A stretch of DNA of 64,000 nt, taken from a bacterium (GTDB lineage: Bacteria; UBA10199; 2-02-FULL-50-16; JAJFLM01). Location of the stretch: NCBI GenBank assembly GCA_965216315.1, contig CBDCFN010000016.1, positions 1,056,001 through 1,120,000 of the forward strand, in the 5' to 3' direction. Made by a program: the position numbers and the translations under genes. Of the stretch, positions 1-9,459 are shown piece after piece; within the stretch, counting starts at the first letter, position 1, and the number at the start of each line of letters is the position of its first letter. Under the pieces are notes generated by a model, which saw only the letters and a list, made by a program, of their open reading frames with translations, was not told the origin of the DNA and made no database searches.

Positions 1-1222
1 CCATGTCGAAGCTCGTCGTGCCCGTCGCCAGGATCTGACCGTTACCGAGCACAAGAATACTGCGCACGTCGTCTTGAGTCCCCTCGTTAAAGTTTAAGCT
101 ACCGCCGCTCGCAAAATTTGCGTCTAAGGCGCCACCGGGATCGAGGCGTGCGACAATAAAATCTGACTCGATCGAGAATGGTGGATTAACCGATCCTCCC
201 ACCACGACGGAGGCATCCCGTTGAATAGCGATGGCGCTGGGACTGAAACTATCCGGGCTTAGGTCGATAGTGGCGATGCCCGAGTCGCCAAAACTCTCGA
301 TAACACCACCGTTGGCATTGAGTCGCAGCACCAGAAGCGCGATGGGCGTATTAATACCATCGTCGTCGCTGAGGCCCGCAACGACGCCAATGCTATCATC
401 AGAATGTACGGTCACGGCCCCCGGAAAGGCTGCCAAGCCTCCGGTAAATTCCGGCGCGAACAGCCCATCACTACCAAAACTTGTATCGGTGCTGCCTTCC
501 GGGCTAAGCTGGGCTACAAAGAGTCCGGTGTCGGAGCTAAAGCCGGTAATAATGATGGCTCCACTGCTTTGTAAAGAAATTCCGCGGGTTACGGTTGCAG
601 TGTCGTTGATTTTCAGAATAACGCTACCGTTGGTCCCGAATTCACTGTCACTGCTGCCATCATTTTGTAGGCGTGTTACATAGGCGGAGTCTCCATCGTC
701 ATCTCCGGTGATAAGGATCTTCCCATCGCTTTGTAGGGCGGCTCCCGTTACAAAAGAATTAGCGATCGGCGGAGTCATGGTCTGCACGCCGTTTGTTCCA
801 AAGCTATCATCTAAAGTGCCATCAGCGTTATATCGCACAAGTGATAGGTCATTGCCGCCAATCAGTAGAATCTTATCATCGGGCAAGATGAGAATGGCGT
901 TCGGAATATCATCGCCGCCAGTTGCGTCAGTAGTGCTGATACCGTTCGTGCCAAAGTTTGTATCCAGTTGGCCGTCGGTATCGAGACGATAGGCCGCATA
1001 GTCGCGGTTGCCGATCGTTCCGGCGGTACTAATGACGATGAGCTTGCCATCACTTTGCAAAGCACCGGCGCCGATAAAATTTTGATTCCCATCGATATCC
1101 TGGATGGCTATGCCGCCCGTCCCGAAATTGCCGTCAAAATCGCCGGGCGCCGCCCAGCTGGTTTTACTACCGCTGACGCACAGGATTGAGAGTAGAAGTA
1201 GTGAATAAAACAGTATTTTCAT
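1..1222 (-). CDS. Secreted delta-60 repeat (beta-propeller) protein, 3' end outside window
   Basis: Translated manually because it is absent from the ORF track. ATG at 1222 follows a GAAGGAG SD. Signal peptide MKILFYSLLLLSILCVSGSKTSWA, then repeats such as GDFDGNFGTGG, LQSDGKLIV, RLDTDGQLDTNFGTNG. Confidence 0.85.
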   Translation of the reverse strand, partial: MKILFYSLLLLSILCVSGSKTSWAAPGDFDGNFGTGGIAIQDIDGNQNFIGAGALQSDGKLIVISTAGTIGNRDYAAYRLDTDGQLDTNFGTNGISTTDATGGDDIPNAILILPDDKILLIGGNDLSLVRYNADGTLDDSFGTNGVQTMTPPIANSFVTGAALQSDGKILITGDDDGDSAYVTRLQNDGSSDSEFGTNGSVILKINDTATVTRGISLQSSGAIIITGFSSDTGLFVAQLSPEGSTDTSFGSDGLFAPEFTGGLAAFPGAVTVHSDDSIGVVAGLSDDDGINTPIALLVLRLNANGGVIESFGDSGIATIDLSPDSFSPSAIAIQRDASVVVGGSVNPPFSIESDFIVARLDPGGALDANFASGGSLNFNEGTQDDVRSILVLGNGQILATGTTSFDM

Positions 1223-1505
1223 GGTTCGTCTCCTTCAGTGAGAATTTTACATCGGATCGCATACAAACTAACATGTTTTGGCTTGAATAAAAATGCATCG
1301 TTTTTAAAGTACTATCAAGACCGGGAGTGCCAAATATGCCGAAAAATACGACAACCTATTGGAATCCGTTGCTAGCGGAAAATGAGGGTCAGAGGAAAAC
1401 GATCGAGGGCGGCTTCATTCGCAAAAAAAACGCTCAAGAGTCATTTTTGAAATTCAGCTGAACACAAGGTCTCCGTCGCATTGCCGTAATTTCCTGAGGA
1501 AGGGT

Positions 1506-3431
1506 TTATGGGATTGTGCCGGGGACCGGAGTCAGGATTTTACTAATCGACTCGTGCTTCAGTCCCAATTGATCGTGATAGATCGCCTTATAGAGCATTA
1601 CTTTTTTGACGTAGCTGCGTGTTTCATTAAAGGGGATGTTTTCAATCCAAATATCGGCATCAAGCGGTTCATTTCCTTGCCATTGACGTGGTCGTCTAGG
1701 CCCGGCGTTATAGGCGGCCGTCGCCATCGCATAGTTGCCACCGAATTTATCGAGCATTTGGCGTAGATAGAAGGTGCCCATCTCAATATTTATATTGGAG
1801 TCGAATAGATCATTGGAACGATATTTCCCATTTTTTTGTTTGCGGGCAATGACGCGGCCCGTGCCCGGCATGATTTGCATCAAGCCAATGGCGCCGGCAG
1901 GGGAGCGCACCTTTTCCATGAAGGCACTTTCCTGGCGCATGATGCCATAGACATAGGCAGGAGGAAGCCGCTTAGCCTTGGCTTCTCTTTTGACAACTTG
2001 TTTGTAAATGACCGGAAAGCGAAGCGCAACATCGTCGTAGTGTTTTGCCCGCGCGGCAGTAAAAATCGCGCGGTCCGTGAATTTCCATTTTTGGGCGAGT
2101 TTAGCCGCTGCAAGTAACTCTTTGTCATTAAGGTTGCGAATGGCCCATTGCCATTGCCGTCGCATCAAGTCGGGTTCGTCAATCTCGGCGAGCTCCTTGG
2201 CAATCTTGAAAGGCCGCGATTGAGCCAGTGCTTTGGTCGAGGCCTTAATGGGCTTATCATTTAACTGATACTTGTTTTCGAGTTTGTCGGCGGCTAGAAA
2301 ACTATAATACTCACGTTGATCGGCAATTTGTTTGTAGATTTTCTTGGCCTGGTTCTTTTTTTTCAGCTTTTCTAAGGCGCGCGCCTGCCAGTAACGCCAG
2401 TCTGGTGAGGCTTTTTCTTCTGCCGTCAGTTTATCGTAGAAGTAGAGAACGTCTTTCCATTTGCCCTCCCGCAATGCGGTGCGGATGGCCCACTGCCGGA
2501 TCTTTTCTTTATCGGCTGGGGCCTTGCGAAGCCATTGAGTCGCGTTGGGTTGATGGTTGATCGCGGCGCGGTACCCAATAACTTCATTGATAGCGGCTTG
2601 GTAGGATCTAAGGAATTTATGTTGTTTGAGGAGCTGCTTGCTAAGCCGGTCGGCTTCGCTCGGATCCTCACGGGCCAGCTCTTCAATGCCCGAAACGACG
2701 AGACGTGCTCCCAGCTCGCTATCGATCGAAAACTGGGGGTTACTTAGTTTTGCTAAGGGATTCTTATGGACGCTGACCCAATGATCCATCCAGTACTGTT
2801 CATCAGCCGGTAAATAAGTCTTGGCCAGCGAGTGCGCCTTTTTCTCCTTGTCTTTGCGCAGCATCATCACAATTCGTTGCCAAAAGAGTTCATCGGTCAG
2901 CTTGCCGGCGCGTTGCCACCTTTTAAAGACGCCGATGCAGCTACTCGGACGTATTATGCGGGTCAACCAGAGTTTTTGAATCCGCGCATCCATCTCTGTT
3001 GAAATACCCTCGGCTCGGATGCGTCTATACAGGTGGTGGCATTCCAGTTCCGTGCTGCTGACGGCATCATCGTAATGCGCGTCAAAGCGTTGCCAATCCT
3101 TTTGCTTGGCGAGCCGTCGCAGCCAAAGTTTCTTCATGGCGCCGCTGACATAGACATCACTATTCTTGACGATAAAATCCTCGATTATCTGCTCATCCAA
3201 GCTGTCGAGCTGAGCTTTGAGATACTCAAACTCGACAACCGGCTTGAGCAGATAATCTTTCATGGCATCAAGGTGAACTTGGTATTCCTCATGGTTTTTC
3301 TCTGCGAGTGCTTGCAGGGCAGCGCGGTAATGACTCAATGAGCTCGCATGTGTGGATGGGGCGAGTAACAGGCAGCAAAAGACGATGAATTGGCTCAAAA
3401 GTACTTTCATAGGGCTAATTAGACGGCGCAT
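1506..3431 (-). CDS. slt: Soluble lytic murein transglycosylase (Slt70-like)
   Basis: C-terminal SLT motifs IMRQESAF, GLMQIMP, AAYNAG and IPFNETRSYV, preceded by a helical region and a signal peptide. Start is ATG 3431 or 3410 rather than the ORF-track start. Confidence 0.9.
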   Translation of the reverse strand: MRRLISPMKVLLSQFIVFCCLLLAPSTHASSLSHYRAALQALAEKNHEEYQVHLDAMKDYLLKPVVEFEYLKAQLDSLDEQIIEDFIVKNSDVYVSGAMKKLWLRRLAKQKDWQRFDAHYDDAVSSTELECHHLYRRIRAEGISTEMDARIQKLWLTRIIRPSSCIGVFKRWQRAGKLTDELFWQRIVMMLRKDKEKKAHSLAKTYLPADEQYWMDHWVSVHKNPLAKLSNPQFSIDSELGARLVVSGIEELAREDPSEADRLSKQLLKQHKFLRSYQAAINEVIGYRAAINHQPNATQWLRKAPADKEKIRQWAIRTALREGKWKDVLYFYDKLTAEEKASPDWRYWQARALEKLKKKNQAKKIYKQIADQREYYSFLAADKLENKYQLNDKPIKASTKALAQSRPFKIAKELAEIDEPDLMRRQWQWAIRNLNDKELLAAAKLAQKWKFTDRAIFTAARAKHYDDVALRFPVIYKQVVKREAKAKRLPPAYVYGIMRQESAFMEKVRSPAGAIGLMQIMPGTGRVIARKQKNGKYRSNDLFDSNINIEMGTFYLRQMLDKFGGNYAMATAAYNAGPRRPRQWQGNEPLDADIWIENIPFNETRSYVKKVMLYKAIYHDQLGLKHESISKILTPVPGTIP

Positions 3432-3432
3432 C

Positions 3433-4125
3433 TTAGCAGCAGGTTTCCGAGGACACCAATAATTTTTCATCTTTAGGGGTTTGCAGGAAGATTTGAGTCT
3501 CACCCCAAGGATAATGTGCGGGAAATTGTCTGATGAGCTTGAAATAAGGTTCCCGCGAAAATTCATTTAGTTCATAGCTGACGGTGATGATCTTGGTTCC
3601 GGGTCGGGTTTTTCGTAGCTTCGCAATCAACGGAGCCAAAAATTCCTCATCAAAACAGGTGCCGTAGAGATAAATCGCCGTTGCTTCAGTATAGTCGATA
3701 TCTCTCAGGTCCGCTTGCCGAAATTCGATATGGTCTAATTGAAAGCGCTGGATGAGATCTTGCGCCCGTTCAACAAATAAAGGTATCTGTTCGATACCGA
3801 TGATGCGGCACCCGATGAAGTTATGCAGCCATAGTGAGGTGCGGCCGGGGCCACAGCCCAAATCGAAGAGGAGGTCGTCCGACGATAGTTCGGCATTCCG
3901 CGCGATCTGCTCAAGCGTCGTGAGAGGCGTTTCACCGTAAGTATAGATGTCGGCAGCGCCGCGTTGCTTTAAAAAATGTTTGCTGATTCGGTAGGGACTT
4001 CTAAGAAAATAGGGGGCTGAGAGGGCCATGTCCAAACGTCGAAATTTTTTATTTGGATAGTAACGCCGGACGACACGGACAAATTCGACAAGAGCTCGCC
4101 ATTGCGAGCGAATTCCTATGCCCAA
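3433..4125 (-). CDS. Class I SAM-dependent methyltransferase (DOT1-like motif set)
   Basis: Motifs YGETP, LFDLGCGPG and IIGIE. Start uncertain; TTG 4125 chosen to avoid overlap with the upstream gene. Confidence 0.75.
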   Translation of the reverse strand: MGIGIRSQWRALVEFVRVVRRYYPNKKFRRLDMALSAPYFLRSPYRISKHFLKQRGAADIYTYGETPLTTLEQIARNAELSSDDLLFDLGCGPGRTSLWLHNFIGCRIIGIEQIPLFVERAQDLIQRFQLDHIEFRQADLRDIDYTEATAIYLYGTCFDEEFLAPLIAKLRKTRPGTKIITVSYELNEFSREPYFKLIRQFPAHYPWGETQIFLQTPKDEKLLVSSETCC

Positions 4126-4162
4126 TAGACAAACTAATTCCCTTGCTGAGCTTAGGATTTGT

Positions 4163-4480
4163 TCAGTGGATCTCAACGGTTTCCTGGATCGACTCGGGAT
4201 TTTCAATGGGGTGTCCCGCGACCACGGTATGCAGGCGCGCAAATTTTTCTTTGAGGTTCCAGCGGTCACTGCCATCAACGTTGATAAGTAGGCTTTTGAT
4301 TTCCGTCGCCAAGTGAATATCCGGGACTAGTTGCGGGAGCTTTTGAATGAAGGGTTCGACGTTGTGCATGCGTGCCGCCAAGATGAGGCGGTTCGATTGA
4401 TCCTGGTTCAGCCGAATACATCTGCCTGCCTGGTCTGAGATCTCTAGTTCGCCGGAGTTGTAGTTAGTAATCTTGAGCAT
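4163..4480 (-). CDS. Hypothetical protein
   Basis: 105-aa ATG ORF filling the gap, co-oriented with the methyltransferase and slt. Confidence 0.55.
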   Translation of the reverse strand: MLKITNYNSGELEISDQAGRCIRLNQDQSNRLILAARMHNVEPFIQKLPQLVPDIHLATEIKSLLINVDGSDRWNLKEKFARLHTVVAGHPIENPESIQETVEIH

Positions 4481-4557
4481 GGCCCAAATTTCTTATATTT
4501 ATTCATCTTCATCGTCAATCGATTCCAGATGCGGACAGAAGGAGCCTGTCACGCTCA

Positions 4558-4580
4558 TCGGCGTGAATGCTGAAAAGTTA
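4558..4580 (-). promoter_or_regulatory. Variant copy of the CAAC-N15-CCGA motif (TAAC-N15-CCGATGAG)
   Basis: Minus strand reads TAAC TTTTCAGCATTCACG CCGA TGAG, with the same spacing as five other copies. It lies about 77 nt from the next ATG. Confidence 0.35.
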
Positions 4581-4651
4581 TCCCGATAAATAGCTTGCGT
4601 CTCTATAGACCGTGCTTTATAGCATAAGTCCTTAAGATTTAAGGACTTACT

Positions 4652-5665
4652 ATGTCAGCTGAAATTTTAGCATATCGTGAAGAACAGGAAGGACTTTCAC
4701 CGGGGGAGGAAAAGTCCTTTTTTAAACATCATCTGTTGCCACAGATTATGTTCTTTACGATTGGCTTTCCTAAGGGATCGTTTATCTCAATCGATGTGAC
4801 GGATCAGTGTAATCTCCGCTGTCAGCATTGTTACTTTTTCGAGCAAGAACAAGAAGGCATACTCGATGCCGATGCATGGGAGCAACGCATCCTTGAGATG
4901 AAAAAATCTCATAAAGTCATGTATAGCTGTACATGGGTGGGGGGAGAACCGTTATTGAGGCGCGGTATTATTGAGCAATGCAAATCGCATTTTTTGCATA
5001 ACTTAATCGTTACGAACGGAACGATGCCGCTGCCGGAATGGCAGGATGTGATGTATCATGTTTCCGTTGATGGGAATGAAGCCGCCCATGACAACATGCG
5101 ACGCCAAAAGGGTCTCTATCAACTGATGAAGAAAAACGTGAGCCGTAAAAACCTTCACGTGACGGCTGCAATGTGTGTCACCTCACTCAACGTCGATACT
5201 ATCGAGGAAGTACTCGAGGACTGGTATACAACGACTTATCTCAAAGGAATCATGTTTGATTTCTATACGCCGATTGAAGGCCTGGACGATGATCTTTGGA
5301 TCGGGTGGGAAAAGCGGGATGCTGTCCTCGATCGCTTAGCCGAGCTAAAACGAGAAAAATATGCTGATTTTATCTCGATGCCGGATCGCGCGATCGAATT
5401 AATGAAATCGCCCAATTCGAAACAAGTGACGGACAACTGCATTTTTGAGAAGAAGGGCTATTCCTTGACGACGACGGGGGCGGTTAAAGAAAAATGCATG
5501 CTCGGACCTAAGGCTGACTGCGATCGCTGCGGTTGCGTTGTGCCATTCTATCTTCATTCGCGAATCGAGAAGAAAGAAATCATCAAGTCAACTTATCAGC
5601 ACGTCCGTAACCGCTTTCGCAATCGCTTTCTAGCGACCACTCGGGCTGAGCCAGTCAGTGAATAA
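4652..5665 (+). CDS. Radical SAM protein
   Basis: CNLRCQHC (CxxxCxxC), GGEP and VTNG motifs; Cys-rich C-terminus CMLGPKADCDRCGC; AAGGA SD. Confidence 0.9.
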   Translation: MSAEILAYREEQEGLSPGEEKSFFKHHLLPQIMFFTIGFPKGSFISIDVTDQCNLRCQHCYFFEQEQEGILDADAWEQRILEMKKSHKVMYSCTWVGGEPLLRRGIIEQCKSHFLHNLIVTNGTMPLPEWQDVMYHVSVDGNEAAHDNMRRQKGLYQLMKKNVSRKNLHVTAAMCVTSLNVDTIEEVLEDWYTTTYLKGIMFDFYTPIEGLDDDLWIGWEKRDAVLDRLAELKREKYADFISMPDRAIELMKSPNSKQVTDNCIFEKKGYSLTTTGAVKEKCMLGPKADCDRCGCVVPFYLHSRIEKKEIIKSTYQHVRNRFRNRFLATTRAEPVSE

Positions 5666-5674
5666 AATCAACGC

Positions 5675-6016
5675 TTAGGCCTTGAGAACATTGGCGGCTT
5701 GAGGTCCGCGATTTCCATCAACGATGGAAAAGGAAACTTCTTGCCCTTCTCGAAGTGTCTTGTAACCGTCACCACCGATTGCCGAGTAGTGCACGAATAC
5801 ATCCGGGCCATCGTCTCTTTCAATAAAGCCATAACCTTTAGCATCATTGAACCATTTAACACGGCCCACTGAATCTCCTGCGGGAGTTTCTGACAATTCG
5901 TTCGGGGTTGATTCCGGTGCTGCTTCCTGAGTTTCAGCAGCGCCTTCTGAAGCCAATTCTGCTTCGACGGGATTTCCAGCTTCTTGTTCAGTTTCCGGGA
6001 CTTCGATATCAGACAT
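5675..6016 (-). CDS. Cold-shock domain protein with acidic N-terminal extension
   Basis: [15 protein letters not shown] and DVFVHYSAI (RNP1/RNP2); AGGAGG SD. Confidence 0.92.
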   Translation of the reverse strand: MSDIEVPETEQEAGNPVEAELASEGAAETQEAAPESTPNELSETPAGDSVGRVKWFNDAKGYGFIERDDGPDVFVHYSAIGGDGYKTLREGQEVSFSIVDGNRGPQAANVLKA

Positions 6017-6057
6017 GATTCCTCCTAAAAAAGCGCGGATATTTCAAATTCGGGCCG

Positions 6058-6087
6058 ACGTTAATCGAGGGACTGGCTGCTTGTCAA
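6058..6087 (-). promoter_or_regulatory. Sigma70-type promoter of the csp gene
   Basis: TTGACA-N18-TAACGT on the minus strand. Confidence 0.6.
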
Positions 6088-6131
6088 GCTGGTGATGAGG
6101 CGGCTTGGTGCCGGCTATCGGGGGCTAGCGC

Positions 6132-6440
6132 TTAGCGCTCTTTTTTGCCGACAAAGTAGATGACTTCGTCAGAGCGCAAAAAACCCATTTCCTGGCGGAC
6201 GATGGATTCAAGATATTCTTTGTCTTGGAGCTTCTCGATTTCATGCGTAAGTTCCGCGTTATTGCGCTGTAGATCCTGCAGCATCTCTTCGAGACGCGAC
6301 TCGGTTTTTTGCATATTATGCAGCTTGAGGAGTCCTTGATTGCCGAAGACGGCAAAGAGGGCGAAGGCGCATGCTGCAAGACTGCCCCACTTAAGAATCA
6401 GTGAGGGTCCTAAGGTTTTTTTTACGCCCCTTTTTCGCAT
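6132..6440 (-). CDS. ftsB: Septum formation initiator, FtsB/DivIC family
   Basis: One TM helix, then FGNQG, a coiled coil and YLESIVRQEMGFLRSDE. Start set to ATG 6440. Confidence 0.8.
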   Translation of the reverse strand: MRKRGVKKTLGPSLILKWGSLAACAFALFAVFGNQGLLKLHNMQKTESRLEEMLQDLQRNNAELTHEIEKLQDKEYLESIVRQEMGFLRSDEVIYFVGKKER

Positions 6441-6507
6441 GATTACGTAGTATCTACCACGAATTGTTGATCGTTGCAATTGTAAGTATATGGCTGCAAA
6501 AGAGTTT

Positions 6508-7503
6508 TTATGAGGTCGACCGGCCCAGGTGTTGATAAGCGCTGGGCGATGCGATGCGACCTCGTTGTGTCCGGTCCAACAGGCCGGATTGGATCAGATA
6601 AGGTTCGTAAATGTCCTCAATCGTACTTTTTTCCTCACTGATCGCTGCGGCCAAGGTATCGACGCCCACGGGACCACCGTTAAACTTATCGATGATGGTC
6701 AACAGGATGAGGCGGTCCATGGCATCCAGCCCTTTATCGTCGACTTCCAGGAGTTCCAGGGCTTGGCAAGCCTCTTCCATGTGAATGACGCCGGAACCCC
6801 GCACTTCGGCATAGTCGCGAACGCGTCTCAGCAGGCGATTGACGATCCGCGGCGTGCCGCGCGAGCGCTTGGCGAGCTCGAGAGCCCCCTCATCATCAAT
6901 CTCAATCTCCAATATTTTCGCTGAGCGGCGTGCAATTTGCTGTAATTCGGCGGCTTCGTAGAAATTGAGGCGGAAACTCATGCCGAAACGGTCTCGGAGG
7001 GGTGACGTCAGGAGGCCGGCCCGAGTGGTTGCCCCGACCAGGGTAAATGGGGGCAAATCCAGCTGCAGGGAGCGTGCCGAGGGCCCCTCACCAATTATAA
7101 TATCCAGCTTGCAGTCTTCCATCGCCGGGTAAAGGGTTTCTTCAACAATATGAGATAAGCGATGAATTTCATCGATGAAAAGTACGTCGTTAGCTTCGAG
7201 GTTCGTCAGGAGGGCGGCCAGATCTCCGGCACGTTCCAGGGCGGGCCCCGACGTCGTACGAATATTAACGCCCATCTCGGTGGCAATAATGTGGGCCAGG
7301 GAGGTCTTCCCCAGGCCGGGGGGGCCGTAGAAGAGGACATGATCGAGGCCTTCGTTACGCTGGCGGGCCGCGGTCACGAAAATGTTTAGTTTCTCTTTGA
7401 TACTGCTCTGGCCAATATACTCACCCAGATCGTGGGGCCGAAGGTTCTGGTCCCATTGACGCTCATTTTCGTTAGTACTCGGGAGAGCCGAAAGGTCTTC
7501 CAT
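6508..7503 (-). CDS. ruvB: Holliday junction branch migration ATPase RuvB
   Basis: [34 protein letters not shown] and SRGTPRI motifs. Confidence 0.98.
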   Translation of the reverse strand: MEDLSALPSTNENERQWDQNLRPHDLGEYIGQSSIKEKLNIFVTAARQRNEGLDHVLFYGPPGLGKTSLAHIIATEMGVNIRTTSGPALERAGDLAALLTNLEANDVLFIDEIHRLSHIVEETLYPAMEDCKLDIIIGEGPSARSLQLDLPPFTLVGATTRAGLLTSPLRDRFGMSFRLNFYEAAELQQIARRSAKILEIEIDDEGALELAKRSRGTPRIVNRLLRRVRDYAEVRGSGVIHMEEACQALELLEVDDKGLDAMDRLILLTIIDKFNGGPVGVDTLAAAISEEKSTIEDIYEPYLIQSGLLDRTQRGRIASPSAYQHLGRSTS

Positions 7504-8126
7504 TAGTGGTTCACTCCACTTCGGGTGGCATTACCCCCCAATTGTTGCAGGGTGAGCCGGATCGCTTCTTGTAGCGGCGTGTCCGCTGCAAAGTTTAATT
7601 CTTGGAGGGCCTTCTCGGCCAGATTGCGTTTGTAACCGAGATTGAGCAGGACCGAGAGCAGATCTTCATGCAGCGGGGCCTGCCGGCTCGGCCCGGCGCC
7701 TCCGTTGCCGTCACCCCCTTGGAGATCCACCAGCTTGTCTTTGAGGTCGAGTATCAATCTTTCTCCGGTTTTTTTGCCGACGCCCGGGATTGACGTTATG
7801 CGGATCAGATCTTCACGGCGCAAGGCATCAATGAGCTGCTCCGCCGAAATGCCAGAGAGTATATTGAGTGCCAATCGCGGTCCGACTCCATTGACCCGAA
7901 TGAGCCGCTTAAATAATTGCTTTTCCCGCACGTTCCAAAATCCGAACAGGACGAGTTCGTCTTCTCTCACATGGGTGTGGATGTGGAGCGATACCGTTTT
8001 TCCCGGCTCGGGTAGACGCTGATAGGTTGCTAAGCTTAATAATACCTCGTAACCAATCCCTTTGACGTCAATAATCAGTGATTGAGGGGTACTTTCGGTG
8101 AGAGTGCCTGTTAATTGTGCAATCAT
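7503..8126 (-). CDS. ruvA: Holliday junction branch migration protein RuvA
   Basis: [16 protein letters not shown] and [12 protein letters not shown] motifs; in operon with ruvB and ruvC. Confidence 0.97.
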   Translation of the reverse strand: MIAQLTGTLTESTPQSLIIDVKGIGYEVLLSLATYQRLPEPGKTVSLHIHTHVREDELVLFGFWNVREKQLFKRLIRVNGVGPRLALNILSGISAEQLIDALRREDLIRITSIPGVGKKTGERLILDLKDKLVDLQGGDGNGGAGPSRQAPLHEDLLSVLLNLGYKRNLAEKALQELNFAADTPLQEAIRLTLQQLGGNATRSGVNH

Positions 8127-8635
8127 GAACGCCCTCCGAGATTTGCAGCCAGCGTGCGCCGTTGGTTCAGCCCATAACTCTGTGCATGGCAGATTGCAAC
8201 GGCTAAAGCATCGGCGGCATCCGCTTGCGGGGGCTCGCGCAGGCCCAGAATCATGCAGATCATTTTTTGAACCTGTTCTTTCTGGGCGCGCCCACTCCCG
8301 GTGACGGCCTGCTTGATTTCATTGGGGCTATATTCGGCAAGGGGGAGGGCGGAACGTCCCGCCGTTATCATGATAGCACCGCGACATTGGCCTAGCTTGA
8401 GAGCGGACGCCGCATTCTTGGCAAAAAAAGCCTTTTCCAGGGAGAGCGCGTCCGGTTGAAATTTTGCAAGCAGCTCATCGATGCGCCTTGAGATAAACGT
8501 GAGGCGCGTTACCATTTCATCGCTGGCGCGAGGGACAATGCATCCATTATCCAAATGGCGAAACTGATTTCTCTCCGCTTGGATGACGCCGTAACCCGTG
8601 ATACGTGTCCCCGGATCTATGCCGAGTATTATCAT
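8123..8635 (-). CDS. ruvC: Crossover junction endodeoxyribonuclease RuvC
   Basis: ILGIDPG, G-RAQKEQV and DAADALAVAICH motifs. Confidence 0.97.
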   Translation of the reverse strand: MIILGIDPGTRITGYGVIQAERNQFRHLDNGCIVPRASDEMVTRLTFISRRIDELLAKFQPDALSLEKAFFAKNAASALKLGQCRGAIMITAGRSALPLAEYSPNEIKQAVTGSGRAQKEQVQKMICMILGLREPPQADAADALAVAICHAQSYGLNQRRTLAANLGGRS

Positions 8636-8657
8636 AATTAAGCGACCGACTGACTAG

Positions 8658-9416
8658 TCAAACGATTTGACTAATACGCTGCATCTCATCATCGGAGATG
8701 TCCATGTTGGAATAAACATGTTGTGTATCGTCTTGATCTTCAAGGACATCAAGTAACTTGATCATTTGTTCGGCGTCTTTGCCTGCCAATTTAACGGAAT
8801 TTTTGGGTATCGCCGAGATTTCAGCTTCCATGATCTCGATATTGGCGGCTTTGGTTTTATCGCGGACTTCTTCAAAGCCGGCAGGTTCCGTAATGATCTC
8901 CCAGTAATCACCTTCGTCGCGCAGGTCCTCGGCACCCGCTTCAAGCGCCGATTCCATGAGCGTATCTTCATCCGGTTGGGCTGTCTTGGAGACGCGAATC
9001 AGTCCTTTCTTTTCAAAAATCCATGCGACGCAGCCGGGTTCTCCGAGGCTGCCGCCATTTTTAGACAGACCATGTCGGACTTCGGCCAACGTGCGGTTGC
9101 GATTATCGGTTAAAACTTCCATCAGAATCGCGGTGCCGCCCGGCCCATATCCTTCTAAAGAAAATTCCTCGTACTGAGTTGCATCGGCATCGGCTCCGGA
9201 TCCCTTTTTAATAGCGCGCTCAATGTTATCATTGGGCATGTTGGCGGCCTTGGCGATATCCATGGCCCGGCGTAGTCGTGGGTTTCCGTCGGGGTCGCCT
9301 CCACTGCGCGCGGCGACCGTAATTTCCCGGATTAATTTAGAAAAGAGTTTACCACGTTTGGCATCAGCCGCGCCTTTTTTGCGTTTAATTGTCGACCATT
9401 TGGAGTGTCCCGACAT
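8658..9416 (-). CDS. yebC: YebC/PmpR family protein
   Basis: [14 protein letters not shown] and EGYGPGG; canonical position upstream of ruvCAB. Confidence 0.97.
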   Translation of the reverse strand: MSGHSKWSTIKRKKGAADAKRGKLFSKLIREITVAARSGGDPDGNPRLRRAMDIAKAANMPNDNIERAIKKGSGADADATQYEEFSLEGYGPGGTAILMEVLTDNRNRTLAEVRHGLSKNGGSLGEPGCVAWIFEKKGLIRVSKTAQPDEDTLMESALEAGAEDLRDEGDYWEIITEPAGFEEVRDKTKAANIEIMEAEISAIPKNSVKLAGKDAEQMIKLLDVLEDQDDTQHVYSNMDISDDEMQRISQIV

Positions 9417-9459
9417 GGCTATTTCTTAGCACTGGATTTATTTGAATGCAACTGTAGGT

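Noticed and set aside
231..1189. Plus-strand ORFs of 150, 94 and 73 aa
   Set aside because: They are antisense shadows of the delta-60 repeat gene.
1314..1333. Possible sigma54 promoter (TTGGCAC...) upstream of the delta-60 gene on the minus strand
   Set aside because: The -24 box is good, but the -12 position reads GTCT instead of TTGC, so the GG-N10-GC spacing fails.
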